Shown here piece after piece: positions 1 to 11,127 of a DNA stretch of 64,000 nt (position 1 is the stretch's first letter; each line of letters opens with the position of its first letter). Below the pieces are notes generated by a model, which was not told the origin of the DNA, ran no database searches, and saw only the letters and a list, made by a program, of their open reading frames with translations. The stretch is from an uncultured Phycisphaerales bacterium (GTDB lineage: Bacteria; Planctomycetota; Phycisphaerae; Tepidisphaerales; Tepidisphaeraceae): NCBI GenBank assembly GCA_963758525.1, contig CAVWVQ010000001.1, positions 288,001-352,000 on the forward strand. Direction: 5' to 3'. The translations under genes and the position numbers were made by a program.

Positions 1-1002
1 CGGCAGGAAATCGAAACGCTCACCGCCCGCTACAAGCTTCTCTCCGCCGCGGTCGTCCCGCTGGGCGAGCAGAGCTTTGTCATCGACGCGGCCCGCGACA
101 ATCTGCGCAGCTGGCACGAAACGCTGGCCCGCGACTACTCGGCGTATCTTCGGTACATCATTCTCCGGCTTGGAGCGATGGCGACCGCCCTCCTGGTGCT
201 GATGGGCATCTCCAAGGCCTGGCGGAGCGTCACCTTCCGCTACATGACCGACATCCGCCGGCGCAGACAATTTCTCGTCGTCCGCCGGCTCGTCGTCGGA
301 GCCTTCATCATCATCATTCTGATCGGCGGCGTCGTCACCGAGTTCGGATCGCTTGCAACCTATGCCGGTCTGCTGACCGCCGGCATCGCGGTCGCGCTCC
401 AGACCATCATTCTCTCCGGCGTCGCGCATTTCTTTCTGATCGGCCGCTATGGAGTGCGCGTGGGCGATCGCGTCACCATCACGGGGATCACCGGCGACGT
501 CATCGAGATCGGGCTCTTCCGCCTGTACCTCATGGAACTGAGCGGTTCGCACGTCTGCCTGCAGCCAACAGGGCGCGTTGCCGTCTTTTCCAACTCGGTG
601 CTCTTCCAGCCCTCGGCTTTTTATAAGCAGCTTCCCGGCGCGGATTATTCCTGGCGGGAAGTGGCGATGACGCTCTCGCCCGACAGCGATCATAAGCTCG
701 CCGAGACGCAATTGATGAAGGCGGTTCAAGGCGTCTATCAGGAGTATCAGGCCACGATCGAAGAGCAGCACACGCGCGTGAGCAATGCGCTGCACTTTCA
801 GATTCCAGTCCCGCATCCGGAGGGACGGCTTCAGTTTGTGGAAGGCGGGCTCGAGTTTGTCGTTCGTTATCCGGTCGAGCTGCGGCGTTCGGCAGAGATT
901 GACGACAAGGTCACGCGGGCGCTGCTGCACGCCATCGAGGTCGAACCGAACCTGAAGCTTGTCGCTTCCGGCACGCCGACGATTCAGGCCGTCGAAGCGT
1001 AA
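1..1002 (+). CDS. MscS-family mechanosensitive channel (5' truncated by window edge)
   Basis: Frame open from base 1; TM helices then AGIAVALQ..RVGDRVTI.GITGDVIEIGLF MscS signature. Confidence 0.85.
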   Translation, partial: RQEIETLTARYKLLSAAVVPLGEQSFVIDAARDNLRSWHETLARDYSAYLRYIILRLGAMATALLVLMGISKAWRSVTFRYMTDIRRRRQFLVVRRLVVGAFIIIILIGGVVTEFGSLATYAGLLTAGIAVALQTIILSGVAHFFLIGRYGVRVGDRVTITGITGDVIEIGLFRLYLMELSGSHVCLQPTGRVAVFSNSVLFQPSAFYKQLPGADYSWREVAMTLSPDSDHKLAETQLMKAVQGVYQEYQATIEEQHTRVSNALHFQIPVPHPEGRLQFVEGGLEFVVRYPVELRRSAEIDDKVTRALLHAIEVEPNLKLVASGTPTIQAVEA

Positions 1003-1964
1003 GACAACGTGCCGATCTGACGCGATGGGACCAGTGCGCCGCGCGCACGGACGCTTTGCAGATCCTTGCCGATCTGTTCGCGCAGCGCGTCGACGCTCGA
1101 GTATTTGCGCTGCTCGCGCAACCAGTCCGTGCAGTCCAAATGAAGTTCCCGGCCGTAGAGGTCGCCGGAAAACCCCAGCAGATGCGCCTCGATCTGGCGG
1201 GTGTTCCCGTCGAAGGTCGGTAATGTTCCCACGCTGATTGCTGCCGGATAATCCGTTCCGTCGACGACAGCACGCCCGGCATACACGCCATCTGCCGGCA
1301 CGAGCTGCTCGGTCACCTTGAGATTCGCCGTCGGCGTGCCGATCGTGCGCCCGCGTTGGTGCCCCGCGACAACCTCTCCGCGCAACTGATATGGACGTCC
1401 AAGGCAGATCGCCGCCTCGCGGACCCGTCCCAGCCCGAGCAGCCAGCGAATCAGCGAGCTGCTGACGGTGACGATGGAGCAATTGAGCAACACCGCCTGC
1501 ACCGGCGGCGCGACGTGCAGTTGCACGCTGCTCCCCTGGGCCCAGCTGCGCAGAGCATCCATGTTTCCCCCGCGGCCTTTGCCAAACGTGAACGACTCCC
1601 CTTCGATCAAGTGGGCCGGCCGCACATCTGTCACGATCATCTTCCAGAACTCCTCGGCGGTGAGACCCAGCACCTCCCGCGTCGGCGGCAGCAGCACCAG
1701 CGTATCCACCCCCGCCTCCTCCAGAATAGCCTGTTTCACCGGCAACGGCGTCAGCCGCGGCGGAGTCTCGGCCGGCCGCAACACCGTGAGCGGATGCGGC
1801 TCAAACGTCACGATCGCCACTCCCCCCGGCGAAGATGCCCGCAATCGATCTGCCATCGCCAGCAGGCTCCGGTGCCCGCGGTGAATCCCGTCGAAGTTGC
1901 CGATCGAAACGGCGGCGCCCTTTGCGAGCTGGCGGAAGCCGTCAAAGCCATGGCCGATGCGCAT
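984..1964 (-). CDS. ribF: Bifunctional riboflavin kinase/FAD synthetase
   Basis: IGNFDGIHRGH, TFEPHP, VSSS.IR, RGRTIGTPTAN, IEAHLL motifs; ATG at 1964. Confidence 0.95.
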   Translation of the reverse strand: MRIGHGFDGFRQLAKGAAVSIGNFDGIHRGHRSLLAMADRLRASSPGGVAIVTFEPHPLTVLRPAETPPRLTPLPVKQAILEEAGVDTLVLLPPTREVLGLTAEEFWKMIVTDVRPAHLIEGESFTFGKGRGGNMDALRSWAQGSSVQLHVAPPVQAVLLNCSIVTVSSSLIRWLLGLGRVREAAICLGRPYQLRGEVVAGHQRGRTIGTPTANLKVTEQLVPADGVYAGRAVVDGTDYPAAISVGTLPTFDGNTRQIEAHLLGFSGDLYGRELHLDCTDWLREQRKYSSVDALREQIGKDLQSVRARGALVPSRQIGTLSYASTA

Positions 1965-2047
1965 ACGGCATTTATAGGGTTTGATCCGTGAAACGTGAAA
2001 CGCGAGGGGACTCCGTATTTGATGGCGCATCGCGTATTGTGTTGCCG

Positions 2048-3202
2048 ATGCTGGGTCTGATTCTCTGCTGCGTCGGCGCGGTATTTAACGTGTTGACCGA
2101 CGCGTCTCGCAAAAAGGTGCTGGACCATCAGTTTGATGCGGCGCTGATCAGCCTGTGGTGCAAGCTGGTGGCGTTCGCCTGTTACCTGGCGCTGGCAGCC
2201 GTGCTGATCGCGCGCGGCATCAGGATGCAAATGCCCGCCATCGGCGGCACGCTCGGCATCCCGCCCGCGATCGCGTTTCTTCTGTATCTCCTCCTCAACG
2301 CGCTGTTGGAGGGGACTGCCATCCTTCTCAACTACCGGGCGCTCCAAGTCGCGCCGCTTTCCCTCTGCGTACCGTTTTTGGCCCTGACCCCGCTCTTTCT
2401 GCTGCCGATCGGCAGCATCTTTCTGCACGAAGCAATCACCGTCGGGATGGTGATTGGTGTATTGATGGTCGTGATCGGCTCGCTGGTGATCAACCGTCAG
2501 TTAGTCGCGAACGGCTGGCTCGAACCGCTCAAGAACATCTTTCGCGAACGCGGCAGCCGATACATGCTGATCGTCGCGTTCCTCCTCGCATGCACCTCGG
2601 CACTCGATAAATGGTTCGTCAACAGCTCCAGCGATACCCTGTTTGCTTCCCGCTTCTCCCGCTCGCTCACGCTCTCGATGGGCAAGTGCGTGATGCTCTC
2701 GATCTTCTTCACCAGCCTGGTCGTCGTCCGAAGCAGCGGCCGAAGACCATGGCGTGAATCCGCCGCGGCCGCGGGATCCGCGGCCGGTATCGACTGGGCT
2801 CGCGTGTGGCGGGTGGTTCCCGCCTGGCTGCTGGCGGCGGGACTTTTTGAGGCGGTGGTGATGGTGCTGCAACTCACCGCCCTGCAGTTCACCGTCGCGG
2901 CAATCGTCATCAGCATCAAACGCTCCGGCATTCTGCTTGCCTGCGCGCTCGGATGGTTCCTTTTCAACGAACGCGGCATCGTCGACCGCGTGATCGGATC
3001 ATTTGTAATGATGTCCGGCGTGTTGATTTTCTTCCTCACCAAGCCGGACGGCGCCGGCCACACCACCATCAGCGGCGCCGGAGCAATGGGTGTCGCGGCC
3101 ATTGCGCTGCTCGGCATGTGCGTGGCGCTCTATCTCACGCGCGACTTTCATAAGACGACCGCTCCCGCAGAGTTAATTTCGGAAGTTGAACTGGAGACGT
3201 AA
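2048..3202 (+). CDS. EamA/DMT-family transporter
   Basis: About 10 hydrophobic segments; YRALQVAPLS..PFLALTPLF and SIKRSG..GWFLFNE repeats. Confidence 0.8.
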   Translation: MLGLILCCVGAVFNVLTDASRKKVLDHQFDAALISLWCKLVAFACYLALAAVLIARGIRMQMPAIGGTLGIPPAIAFLLYLLLNALLEGTAILLNYRALQVAPLSLCVPFLALTPLFLLPIGSIFLHEAITVGMVIGVLMVVIGSLVINRQLVANGWLEPLKNIFRERGSRYMLIVAFLLACTSALDKWFVNSSSDTLFASRFSRSLTLSMGKCVMLSIFFTSLVVVRSSGRRPWRESAAAAGSAAGIDWARVWRVVPAWLLAAGLFEAVVMVLQLTALQFTVAAIVISIKRSGILLACALGWFLFNERGIVDRVIGSFVMMSGVLIFFLTKPDGAGHTTISGAGAMGVAAIALLGMCVALYLTRDFHKTTAPAELISEVELET

Positions 3203-3393
3203 TGCGCGCTTCGGGGGAAATTTTGGTGCTTGCTGCGCACGCATGGGGCCTGCTGCCGAGCACGCCCCGCATGCGCGCACGACGGAATCTCGTCTTCACG
3301 CGCGTCCCTCGCTCTTCCGTCTCCGCAATTTCACCTTCTGCGCGGCGGCAGATTCGGATATCGTTTCGCCTGTTCGATTCTACAGGAGACGAT

Positions 3394-4173
3394 ATGAAGC
3401 TTTGGATGGTTGCGATGTGTGGCATTCTGTTGACGGGATCAGCACAGGCGGCATTGAAGACCGAAGTGGTGAAGTACAAAGTCGGCGACGTCGAGTGCCA
3501 GGGATTTCTCGCGTATGACGATCAGGCCGGGAAGCGGCCCGGAATTCTCGTCGCGCCCGAATGGTGGGGACTGACGGATTATGCAAAGCATCGAGCCGAG
3601 CAACTGGCTGGTCTGGGATACGTTGCGTTGGCGATGGACCCGTATGGAGACGGAAAGACCACCGACGATCCGAAGGAGGCCGGGAAGCTGGCGGGCGCGT
3701 TGAAGGCTGATCTTCCCAAGCTCCGCGAGCGAGCCAAGGCGGCGCTGGACCTCCTGAGCAGGCAGGAGACGGTTGATCCGGAAAAGCTCGGCGCAATCGG
3801 TTATTGCTTCGGCGGAACAACCGTGCTGGAGCTCGCGCGCTCGGGAGCCGATTTGAAAGGTCTGGTGAGTTTTCACGGGGGCCTGGCGACGCCAAACCCG
3901 AAGGATGCCCAGAACATCAAGGGACGGATTCTGATCTGCCATGGGGCGGATGACAAGTTCGTCTCCGCATCCGAAATCGCCGAGTTCCAGCAGTCCATGC
4001 GCGACGCCAAGGTCGATTGGCAGATGAACGAGTACGGCGGCGCCGTCCACGCGTTCACCAACCCGGACGCCGACAAGCACGGCATTCCTAACATCGCCTA
4101 CAACGAGAAAGCGGATCATCGTTCGTGGCAGGCGATGAAGGACTTTTTCCACGAGGTTTTTGATGGGAAGTGA
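3394..4173 (+). CDS. Dienelactone hydrolase family protein
   Basis: AGGAG RBS, signal peptide, PEWWGL, IGYCFGG, VHAFTNP. Confidence 0.9.
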   Translation: MKLWMVAMCGILLTGSAQAALKTEVVKYKVGDVECQGFLAYDDQAGKRPGILVAPEWWGLTDYAKHRAEQLAGLGYVALAMDPYGDGKTTDDPKEAGKLAGALKADLPKLRERAKAALDLLSRQETVDPEKLGAIGYCFGGTTVLELARSGADLKGLVSFHGGLATPNPKDAQNIKGRILICHGADDKFVSASEIAEFQQSMRDAKVDWQMNEYGGAVHAFTNPDADKHGIPNIAYNEKADHRSWQAMKDFFHEVFDGK

Positions 4174-4295
4174 AACTGGTGATTGGTGAAGCTGGTGATT
4201 GGTGATTGGAACGTGACAGATGCGTCAAAGTGAAGACGTGAAACGTGAAACGTGAAGACCTCAAACGTGAGGACGTGAAACGTCAAGCGTGAAGG
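4172..4295. repeat. Heptamer short tandem repeats (TGGTGAT and CGTGAAA types)
   Basis: Runs of tggtgat and acgtgaa immediately after the stop codon. Confidence 0.75.
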
Positions 4296-4445
4296 TTCGT
4301 ATCGCGTAGTGCGTACCTTCGCAAAGGTTAGCCGCGACGCGCAGCGGAGCGTGTATTTCTCGGGTCTTTGAGGGCATCGGGGGACCATTCAACGGTATTT
4401 TAGCGGAATGGGGCAACATTCGCGGGTTCCAGGTCGTATTTCGAG

Positions 4446-6479
4446 ATGACCGACTGTCATTCTCTCATGCGACCTTGTTGTAAATCATTTGCGGGTTCGG
4501 CTGCACGGATCATCAGGAATTGCGCACTGGGCTTGATCGTCGCGCGCTCCGCCGGCGCGGGTTCGGTAAGCACGTACGATCATTGGGCTTTCAAGCCGCC
4601 AACGTTACCGGCGATTCCGTCGGTGCAGAATGTCGCCTGGATCGCAAATCCGATCGATCATTTTGTGCTCGCGAAGCTCGAATCGGCGGGACTGGCGCCG
4701 GCGCCGCCGGCGGACAAGCGGACGCTGATCCGGCGGGCGACGTTTGATCTGATTGGTCTGCCGCCGACGGCCGAAGAAGTGAACGCGTTTGTCGCGGACA
4801 GCTCGCCGGACGCGTTTGACAAAGTGGTGGATCGGTTGCTCGCGTCGCCTCACTATGGAGAGCGATGGGGCCGCCATTGGCTGGACGTCGCGCGGTACGC
4901 GGATAGCAAGGGATACGTCTTTCAGGAGGAGCGAAAGTATCCCTGGGCCTATACGTATCGTGACTGGGTCATCCGGTCCCTCAATGCCGATCTTCCCTAC
5001 GATCAATTTCTCCTTCAGCAAATTGCCGCGGATCGGCTCGCGACCGGGCCGGACAAGAGCTCGCTGGCGGCGATGGGATTTCTGACGCTGGGCCGGCGTT
5101 TTTTGAATCGCGAGCCGGACATCATCGACGATCGGATCGATGTTGTGTGCCGCGGAACGATGGCGCTGACCGTCGGCTGCGCGCGCTGTCACGATCACAA
5201 ATTCGATCCGATCCCCACGGCGGACTACTACTCGCTCTATGCGATTTTCAGCAACAGCCCGGAGGACAAGAACGCTCCAATCCTGGGAACTCCCGATCAA
5301 AGCCCGGCAGCGCTCGAGTATTTCCAAGAACGAACCAAACGTCAGGCCGCGGTCGATCAGTTCATCGATCAGCAGCGAAAATCGCTTGCCGCGAAGGGCG
5401 TCGCCGGCGGTCTGCCGTTGCCGCGGCTCAAACAACTGCTGGATCGAAAGACCATGGAAGAATTGCGGCGGCTGGAAAAGGCCGTCGACGAGCTGGACGC
5501 GACCAACCCGGCGGCCCCGCCGCGGGCGATGTGCTTAACCGACTCCGCCACGGTGCATCCGCAGCACATTTTTCTGCGCGGCAATCCCGACGCGCATGGC
5601 GATGTCGTGCCGGCGGAGTTTCTGAAAGTGCTTTCCGGTCCGGATCGCAAGCCGTTTACGCAGGGAAGCGGCCGGCTGGAGCTTGCGCAGGCGATTGCGT
5701 CAAAGGATAATCCGCTCACCGCGCGGGTGATGGTCAACCGCGTCTGGCTCGAGCATTTTGGCGCGGGAATCGTGCGCACGCCAAGTGATTTTGGAATGCG
5801 ATCTGATCCGCCAACGCATCCCGAGCTGCTCGACTGGCTGGCGATTCAATTCATGAACGACGGCTGGTCGCTCAAGAAACTGCACCGGCTGATCATGCTC
5901 TCCAGCACCTATCGCCAGTCGAGCGACGACAATCCCAGCGCCGAGAGCCGCGATCCGCAGAATCTGCTCGTCTGGCGGATGAACCGCCGCCGGCTCGATT
6001 TTGAAGCAACGCGCAACGCGCTCCTTGCCGCGGGTGGCGACCTCGATGATCAGATGTTCGGGCGCGCGGTCGATATCACCGCCGTTCCGTATTCCCATCG
6101 CCGAACGGTGTACGGCTTCATCGATCGGCAGAACCTTCCCGGTCTGTTTCGCAACTTCGATTTCGCCAGTCCCGACGCGACATGCCCGCGCCGGTTCACG
6201 ACGACCGTCCCGCAGCAGGCGCTGTTTTTCATGAACAGTGACTTTGTGATCGAGCAGGCAAAGTCACTGATCCGCCAGCCGCAAGTCGCGTCGCGACAGA
6301 TTCCCGGCGAACGAATCGTGGCGCTCTATCGGGTATTGTTTGAACGCGCTCCGACAGACGACGAGAAGCAACTTGGGGCCGAATTTGTGGCACACGAGTC
6401 GGATGATCCGGCACTGAGCGCATGGGACAAATATGCGCAAGTCCTCTTGGAATCGAACGAGTTTGTTTTTGTGGATTGA
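4446..6479 (+). CDS. Planctomycete DUF1549/DUF1553 (PSD1) protein
   Basis: HWAF, YGERWGRHWLDVARYADS, CARCHDHKFDP, NPLTARVMVNRVW, PTHPELLDWLA. Confidence 0.92.
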   Translation: MTDCHSLMRPCCKSFAGSAARIIRNCALGLIVARSAGAGSVSTYDHWAFKPPTLPAIPSVQNVAWIANPIDHFVLAKLESAGLAPAPPADKRTLIRRATFDLIGLPPTAEEVNAFVADSSPDAFDKVVDRLLASPHYGERWGRHWLDVARYADSKGYVFQEERKYPWAYTYRDWVIRSLNADLPYDQFLLQQIAADRLATGPDKSSLAAMGFLTLGRRFLNREPDIIDDRIDVVCRGTMALTVGCARCHDHKFDPIPTADYYSLYAIFSNSPEDKNAPILGTPDQSPAALEYFQERTKRQAAVDQFIDQQRKSLAAKGVAGGLPLPRLKQLLDRKTMEELRRLEKAVDELDATNPAAPPRAMCLTDSATVHPQHIFLRGNPDAHGDVVPAEFLKVLSGPDRKPFTQGSGRLELAQAIASKDNPLTARVMVNRVWLEHFGAGIVRTPSDFGMRSDPPTHPELLDWLAIQFMNDGWSLKKLHRLIMLSSTYRQSSDDNPSAESRDPQNLLVWRMNRRRLDFEATRNALLAAGGDLDDQMFGRAVDITAVPYSHRRTVYGFIDRQNLPGLFRNFDFASPDATCPRRFTTTVPQQALFFMNSDFVIEQAKSLIRQPQVASRQIPGERIVALYRVLFERAPTDDEKQLGAEFVAHESDDPALSAWDKYAQVLLESNEFVFVD

Positions 6480-6508
6480 GAGTTGATTCATGCACCCGCT
6501 CGGAGAAG

Positions 6509-6548
6509 CCCTCACCCCAACCCTCTCCCGGTGTAGCAGGAGAGGGGG
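6509..6548. repeat. REP-like palindrome (CCCTCACCCCAACCCTCTCCC...GGAGAGGG)
   Basis: Intergenic hairpin; related copy at ~47742-47803. Confidence 0.7.
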
Positions 6549-6587
6549 CAAGAGCGGAGGCGCGAGTGTCGAAAGTGGAAGGACGGC

Positions 6588-8039
6588 GTGATGTTGCATC
6601 ATCGAAACAATCCCAACGATCGATTCTTGAGCCGGCGGGATCTGCTGCAGAAATGCGGCATGGGACTCGGTGCGCTGACACTGGCCAGCGTTCTGGGGGA
6701 AGCGCGCGTGTTGTCGGCGCAGACAGCTTCGGAACTCAATCCGCTCATGGCGCGCCAGCCGCAGTTTCCGGCGCGGGCCAAACGCGTGATTCACCTGTTC
6801 ATGAACGGCGGCCCGTCGCACGTGGATACGTTCGATCCCAAGCCGGCGCTGGCGAAATATGCGGGGCAGGTCCTGCCGATCCCGAACCTCAAGACCGAGC
6901 GCAAAACCGGCGCGGCCTTTCCGTCCGCATTCAAGTTCAAGCGTTGCGGACAGAGCGGCATCGAAGTCAGCGAAATTTTTCCCCGCGTCGGCGCGTGCAT
7001 CGACGACATCTGCGTGATCCGCTCGATGCAGGCGGACGTGCCGAATCATGAGCCGTCGCTCCTGCTGATGAATTGCGGGGAAGCGCGCCAGATCCGCCCG
7101 AGCATGGGATCGTGGATCACGTATGGGCTGGGCAGCGAGAGTCAGAACTTGCCGGGCTTCATTGTCATGTGTCCCGGCGGCTATCCCATTCAGGAGTCGC
7201 AGAATTGGCAATCCGGATTTCTGCCGGGCGCGTACCAGGGAACCTACGTCGACAGTCAGTATACGGACATTCACAAGCTGATCGAAAATGTGCGGAGCCG
7301 GGTCAGCTCGCCCGCCACCCAGCGCCGGCAGCTCGATCTGCTGATGAAGCTCAATCAGGAGCATCTTGCGGCGCGCCAGCACGATGCGCAGCTCGAGTCG
7401 CGTATCCAATCTTTCGAACTGGCATACCGCATGCAATCCGACGCGAGCGACGCCTTTGACGTGAGCCGCGAACCGAAGCACATCCACGAGCTGTATGGGC
7501 CCGGAACCCAGGCCCGGCAGATGCTGATCGCGCGCCGCCTCGTCGAGCGCGGCGTCCGTTGCGTGCAACTTTGGACCGGCGCCGGTCAGCCATGGGACAA
7601 TCACGACGACTTATTTCAGCATCACCGCGAATTGGCACACGATTGCGATCAGGCGATCGCCGCGCTGCTGATCGATCTAAAGCAGCGCGGAATGCTCGAA
7701 GATACGCTGGTCATCTGGGGCGGCGAGTTTGGGCGCACGCCCACGGTCGAGCTGCCAACGCCGGGGGCCAATGCGGGAAAGGTGAACGGCCGCGACCACA
7801 ATCACTACGGATTTACGACCTGGCTTGCCGGAGGAGGCGTCAAAGGCGGCTACGTTCACGGCTCAACCGACGAATTCGGATTTGCCGCCGAGCGCGATCC
7901 GGTGCACGTTCACGATCTCCACGCGACCATCCTGCACCTGCTCGGATTCAACCACGAAAAATTCACCTATCGCTACGCCGGTCGCGATTTCCGGCTGACC
8001 GACGTGCATGGGAATGTGGTGCATGATCTGATTGCGTGA
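6588..8039 (+). CDS. DUF1501 domain protein (Tat-like signal)
   Basis: SRRDLL, FMNGGPSHVDTFDPKP, WGGEFGRTP, GRDHN, RLTDVHG. Confidence 0.92.
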   Translation: MMLHHRNNPNDRFLSRRDLLQKCGMGLGALTLASVLGEARVLSAQTASELNPLMARQPQFPARAKRVIHLFMNGGPSHVDTFDPKPALAKYAGQVLPIPNLKTERKTGAAFPSAFKFKRCGQSGIEVSEIFPRVGACIDDICVIRSMQADVPNHEPSLLLMNCGEARQIRPSMGSWITYGLGSESQNLPGFIVMCPGGYPIQESQNWQSGFLPGAYQGTYVDSQYTDIHKLIENVRSRVSSPATQRRQLDLLMKLNQEHLAARQHDAQLESRIQSFELAYRMQSDASDAFDVSREPKHIHELYGPGTQARQMLIARRLVERGVRCVQLWTGAGQPWDNHDDLFQHHRELAHDCDQAIAALLIDLKQRGMLEDTLVIWGGEFGRTPTVELPTPGANAGKVNGRDHNHYGFTTWLAGGGVKGGYVHGSTDEFGFAAERDPVHVHDLHATILHLLGFNHEKFTYRYAGRDFRLTDVHGNVVHDLIA

Positions 8040-8101
8040 ACGCAATCCTCAAGTTCAAGCAATGTGGCGCCCACTACGTCGAGCGGAACGCAATGCCGTC
8101 A

Positions 8102-8323
8102 TTAAACCGCAGTGGCAGGAGGATTTCGAACCGACGGAATGCGCTGCTCATACGTCGCGGGGCCTTCTACTGAGAACGCTATGCCTTCGATAGCGAGCTC
8201 GGCCAAGGCTGACTCGGGCACAACCATCTCTCCGGTCGCCCAACTCTTGATCGGGAAGCGACCCGCGAGATAGCCGAGTGCCTTCTGTTTGTTCGCGTGA
8301 TCTGGAAATCGAATTCGAACCAT
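8102..8323 (-). CDS. Small hypothetical protein
   Basis: 73 aa ATG ORF with protein-like composition in an otherwise empty gap. Confidence 0.6.
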   Translation of the reverse strand: MVRIRFPDHANKQKALGYLAGRFPIKSWATGEMVVPESALAELAIEGIAFSVEGPATYEQRIPSVRNPPATAV

Positions 8324-8489
8324 AGCACAAGTAAGTGTATTAAATTCCCGTCACGTTCCAATCACCAATCGTCGCAAGGCATCGCTCACAGCTCATACCC
8401 GTCGCGATAATTGTGCGGCAATGACGTTGGGTGTGGAAACCGCCGAGCAGTTCGCCTTGCCTGACGGCCTGCGGCCTTCTTTGCAGCCG

Positions 8490-8518
8490 TTGACTGCGCC
8501 GCGGGCCACTTCTATGAT
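8490..8518 (+). promoter_or_regulatory. Putative sigma70 promoter of trxA
   Basis: TTGACT-N17-TATGAT. Confidence 0.6.
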
Positions 8519-8568
8519 CCCCTCGTCCAGCCAGTCGGCAAAAAACAACGGAAATAGGAGTTTCGATC

Positions 8569-8901
8569 ATGGCTCAAAATGTCACCGAGTTCACCGACCA
8601 GAATTTTGAGTCAGAAGTGCTCAAGAGCTCCGTCCCGGTATTGGTCGATTTCTGGGCCGAGTGGTGCATGCCGTGCCGAATGCTCGCGCCGACGATCGAA
8701 AAGCTGGCAACCGACTATGTCGGGAAGGTGAAGGTCGGGAAACTCGATACCGACGCCAACCGCGACGTCTCCATCAAGTATGGCATCAGCGCCATTCCGA
8801 CCGTCATCCTCTTCAAGGACGGCCAGGTGGCGCAAAAGTTTGTCGGGCTTCGTAACGAGCGCGATTTCAAGGAAGCGCTTGCCGCCGTCGGGGCGCGATA
8901 G
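8569..8901 (+). CDS. trxA: Thioredoxin
   Basis: VLVDFWAEWCMPC active site; AGGAG RBS. Confidence 0.95.
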   Translation: MAQNVTEFTDQNFESEVLKSSVPVLVDFWAEWCMPCRMLAPTIEKLATDYVGKVKVGKLDTDANRDVSIKYGISAIPTVILFKDGQVAQKFVGLRNERDFKEALAAVGAR

Positions 8902-8931
8902 GCCCTGGCGGTTCAAGAATGATCCCTCGCA

Positions 8932-9501
8932 TCATCCGCGGGTCCCGGACTGCTTTCTGACCGCAGCGAGCACATTGCAAAACAAAACGCCCTGACCGAT
9001 CGCGTCGTCGACGGCCACGTGATTGTGCTTCAGCTTTTCAAACCACGCCTTGGGCATGTTTCGCTTGGTCGAGTCGCGGTATCCCCTGCCCAGCGCGGCC
9101 ATGGCGAGTGTCTTGATATCCAGGGCAGAGTGCGAAAAGGGACTCGCGCCCGTGAATCGCATCAGATACCAGTACACGAACATGAAGTCGTAAGAGGCGG
9201 GATATCCGACGAAGACCGGCCGACCGGGCAACGCGGCTACCCAGGCGACGTAATCCGCCATGACGATGGACGGATCGCGAGCGTTTTGCCGGGTGGCAGC
9301 CCACGCTTCGGGTTGGCTGCCCCACCATTGCATGGTTTCGGGATGGCCAGTTGCGCCCGGGAGTAACTCAAGGTTCGCGCTAAACACGCAAACCAGCGTC
9401 TTGTCTTCGAGAAACGCCGCCGAGCCGATGCTGAGCATCGAATGCGGCCCGGGGATCGGCCCATCCGCCTCGATATCCGTGCTGACGTAGATTTCAGGCA
9501 A
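8932..9501 (-). CDS. DEDDh 3'-5' exonuclease (RNase AS-like)
   Basis: [22 protein letters not shown] motifs. Confidence 0.85.
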   Translation of the reverse strand: MPEIYVSTDIEADGPIPGPHSMLSIGSAAFLEDKTLVCVFSANLELLPGATGHPETMQWWGSQPEAWAATRQNARDPSIVMADYVAWVAALPGRPVFVGYPASYDFMFVYWYLMRFTGASPFSHSALDIKTLAMAALGRGYRDSTKRNMPKAWFEKLKHNHVAVDDAIGQGVLFCNVLAAVRKQSGTRG

Positions 9502-9782
9502 AATGCCTCCTTGTGATCGAGCAGTGTATCAGTCCGAGCATTCCCAAATGCTCGCATCGGGCGTCGGCAAATCCAAGCCTTTTAGTGTACCGCTGACTCG
9601 GCGTGGGCGTGAAAACGTCTCCAAATCGGGGCGGGAAACGCACCGGCTCCACGAAATGGCGGTTAGGGGAGTCGACCTTCGACCCGGTTGTGTTTTTGTG
9701 CCTGAAACCGTCTCGTGTGGCCCTCGCGCTGGCGGTGGACGCGGCGGGGCCTATAATTCCCCGGCGATTAACAGGAGATGCG

Positions 9783-11014
9783 TTGGGCGAGCGGTATTTG
9801 CAGCACACATTTGCGAATGGACTTACGATTGTTGGCGAGCGGATGGCAGGGATGCAGTCCGCAGCCATGACGTTTTTGTTGCCAGCGGGGGCGGCGAGCG
9901 ATCCGGTGGATCGTTCGGGCTCGGCAACGGTTTTGGCTGATTTGGTGCTGCGCGCGCCGGAAATCGGGATAATCGTCAATTGACGGACTATCTCGACACG
10001 CTGGGCCTGCAGCGGTCGGCCAGCGTGGGGGTGCAGCACGCGCGGTTTGGATGCGCGGCGTTGGCCCAGAAAGTGATGGAGGGGCTGGACGCGTACGCCG
10101 ACATTGTGCGACGGCCGCACCTTCCCCAATCAGGCTTCGACGCGGCACGCGATCTGGCGCTGCAGGCGCTGGCGGGAGTGGACGATGAGCCGCGGCAGAA
10201 GCTGATGATCAAGCTGCGGGAATGGCATTTCCCGTCGCCCTATGGGCGCAACACAATGGGAGAACGTGCGGAGTTGGAGAAGCTGACGCTCGATTTGAGC
10301 CGGGCGGACTATTCGCAACGATATCACGCGCAGGACACCATTATTTCCATCGCGGGGAACATCGATTTCGAGCGTGTGAAATCCGAGATCGAACGCCTGT
10401 TCGGGGACTGGCAGGGTCCGGCGACGGCGCCGTTGAGACTGTTGCCGCCGCCGGGGCGGGCTCTTCACGTCGATCAGGCCAGCGAACAGACCCATATTGG
10501 CATTGCGTATCCCTCGACGCAGGAAATCGACGCGAACTATTATGCGGCGCGGATGGCGATTGAAGTGCTCAGCGGCGGGATGAGCGGACGGCTGTTCACC
10601 GAGGTGCGCGAGAAGCGCGCCCTGTGCTACTCCGTTTCGGCGGGATACAGCAGCCTGCGGGGAATCGGCAGCATTCTTGCGTACGCGGGGACGAGCAACG
10701 ACCGGGCCCAGGCCACGCTCGACTGCGTCATGGCGGAGTTGCATCGCCTGCACGAGGGGATCACGAGCGAGGAGCTGAACCGCGCCAAGACCGGGCTCAA
10801 GGCCAGCACGATCATGCAAGGCGAATCGACCAGTGCGCGGGCCGGCGCAATTGCGCACGACTTCTACATGCGCGGGCGGATTCGCACGCTCGACGAGATC
10901 AAGTCGTCGATCGATTCCGTGACGGTCGATCAGGTGAACTCATATTTGAGGGCTCATCCGCCCGGACCGTTTACGATCGTTACCGTCGGTCCCAAAGAGC
11001 TGAAGCTTCCGTAA
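9783..11014 (+). CDS. M16 (pitrilysin-family) peptidase, non-catalytic subunit; apparent 1-bp deletion near 9953
   Basis: TATAAT at 9752, AGGAG, TTG start; adding one G restores RGAGNRDNRQLTD; GGMSGRLFTEVREKR; no HXXEH. Confidence 0.85.
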
Positions 11015-11127
11015 TTGAATGTGAGCGAGTACGCCCACATGCCGCAGGATGCTGCCCGTCCGGGCAGCCGCTAAACACGAGGGTTGGGAAGCGCCCGTCC
11101 TCGCACACTCATCGAGAGGATTTATCC